NCBI GenBank assembly: GCA_965222225.1
Contig: CBDCTK010000002.1
Coordinates: forward strand, 4,960,001 to 5,024,000
Direction: 5' to 3'
From: Candidatus Poribacteria bacterium
Lineage (GTDB): Bacteria > Poribacteria > WGA-4E > JAJDTR01
Length of the DNA stretch: 64,000 nucleotides
The notes below the pieces were generated by a model, which did no database searches, was not told the DNA's origin, and saw only the letters and a list, made by a program, of their open reading frames with translations. Position 1 is the first letter of the stretch. Each line of letters starts with the position of its first letter. This document shows, in pieces, positions 62,754 to 64,000 of the stretch. Made by a program: the position numbers and the translations under genes.

Positions 62754-64000
62754 CTACTTCAATATTGCCATTCTCCGCATAGCAACAAAGTCACCTGCCG
62801 AAATCTGATAGAAATATGTTCCGCTTGAAATCGACTCACCCAGTTCATTCTTGCCATCCCAATATGCCGCGTTTGCCTGTGTGACGTATTCTCCAGCCTT
62901 TTGCTGTCCGATATCAAGATGGCGAACCAATGAGCCGCTAGTGTCAAAGATTCGAATCATCACTGAAGTATCTGATTCAATCTCGTAAGGTATCCACGTT
63001 TCAGGATTGAACGGATTTGGGAAGTTCTGTCCAAGTCGATTGGTGTAAAGCGGAATGGAAGTTTTTGCCACGCTTGGCGGTTTGCGAAATACGGTGGGAT
63101 CTTCTACTGAAAGTTCAAAGAGGTACTCGTTTATTTTGAACATGCGCAAGTCGTAGCGATCTGTAACATAAACGGTATCACCGATAACAATCAGGTCAGA
63201 CGGGAATCGTAACGCTGCTTGAAAGTTGGGACGTGAGACTAGATTGCGATTTCGGACATCCACAATCTGCAATCGTTTCTGATCCAGCAGGAAGAGGTGG
63301 TCTCCACGAATTTGTGCGGCGATTGGCAGCGCGTCGGTTTGATATTCGGCTATGGAATCGGGGCGTCTAGGATTGCTCAAGTCCAAGATTTGTACGCCTG
63401 CTAGCGTATCCAACAGATAACCCCTATTTCCAAAGACAGTGATATTTGTCGCATTCCCCTGTGATTCATAGCTTCCGATTGCTCGAGGGTTGGCAGGGTC
63501 GTCCAAGTCGAAAATTTGCAATCCACCGTTGAGAGCCGCCACGTATCCGAGGTTGTCGACGATTGTTATTCGATAAGCACTTCCCGGCATAGAGCGCCGG
63601 GCGACGACGCGGCTGTTCATCGGTTCGCGGCTATCGACTACGATTAACTCGTCCGCACACAAAAAAACATATCCTTCGTTGACTTCGATTCCCCAAGCAG
63701 GCGCGGTGGTCCGAATGTGTGAGACCATACGCGGATTGTTGGGATTGCTTAGATTTATAACAATTAAACCGCTGTCGGCTGCGGCAACGAAGGCGTGGGC
63801 GTTCTCGACCCGAACATCCACTGCAGTGCCCATAAGTGGTATGCGATGCCTAAAAACGGCATCAGACGCGCGCTCAATTTCAACTATCTTGAGCCCACCT
63901 GTCCCACATGCGATGTAGGCAATTCGATTTCCCTCCTCCGTTTCTAGAATGTCCATACCGTGAGCCTCGCCGGAGGCATCGTAACGATGTAGCCACTCTG
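62754..64000 (-). CDS. LVIVD-repeat beta-propeller protein with FlgD-like C-terminal domain; 5' end lies outside the window
   Basis: Repeated AYVA...GL.I.D.S.P units; QNFPNPFNPETWIPY and YWDGKNELGE; frame open to the window edge. Confidence 0.85.
   Translation of the reverse strand, partial: EWLHRYDASGEAHGMDILETEEGNRIAYIACGTGGLKIVEIERASDAVFRHRIPLMGTAVDVRVENAHAFVAAADSGLIVINLSNPNNPRMVSHIRTTAPAWGIEVNEGYVFLCADELIVVDSREPMNSRVVARRSMPGSAYRITIVDNLGYVAALNGGLQIFDLDDPANPRAIGSYESQGNATNITVFGNRGYLLDTLAGVQILDLSNPRRPDSIAEYQTDALPIAAQIRGDHLFLLDQKRLQIVDVRNRNLVSRPNFQAALRFPSDLIVIGDTVYVTDRYDLRMFKINEYLFELSVEDPTVFRKPPSVAKTSIPLYTNRLGQNFPNPFNPETWIPYEIESDTSVMIRIFDTSGSLVRHLDIGQQKAGEYVTQANAAYWDGKNELGESISSGTYFYQISAGDFVAMRRMAILK

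Overview
Bacterial chromosomal window of roughly 50% GC by eye. A C-terminal NFPNPFNPETWIPY...AYWDGKNELGE domain and a BlaI/M56 module suggest a Poribacteria-like lineage (inference). Contents in order: rarA; ECF sigma/anti-sigma/HtrA operon; a TnpI-like tyrosine recombinase with a res-like site; a broken BlaI/M56 module; two glnD paralogues flanking a duplicated small membrane-protein gene; a decayed defence island beside tRNA-Leu (type III RM, a 1183-aa unknown, an AbiJ/HEPN-like gene, HEPN-MNT); ridA-family gene and fabV; a bacterial alpha-2-macroglobulin followed by three HEAT-repeat paralogues; ddl; a 6S-like RNA candidate; a tRNA cluster; and tig-clpP-clpX-lon. Main finding: the alpha-2-macroglobulin has an in-frame UGA exactly at the thioester Cys (YPYG-UGA-VEQ), followed 12 nt later by a SECIS-like hairpin with a GGUCU loop. 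This makes it a candidate selenocysteine (selenoester) macroglobulin. Second finding: a ~36-nt intergenic repeat (at least 15 copies) with covarying 2-bp stems around tandem G.A pairs, inserted directionally into GTAG-type REP palindromes.
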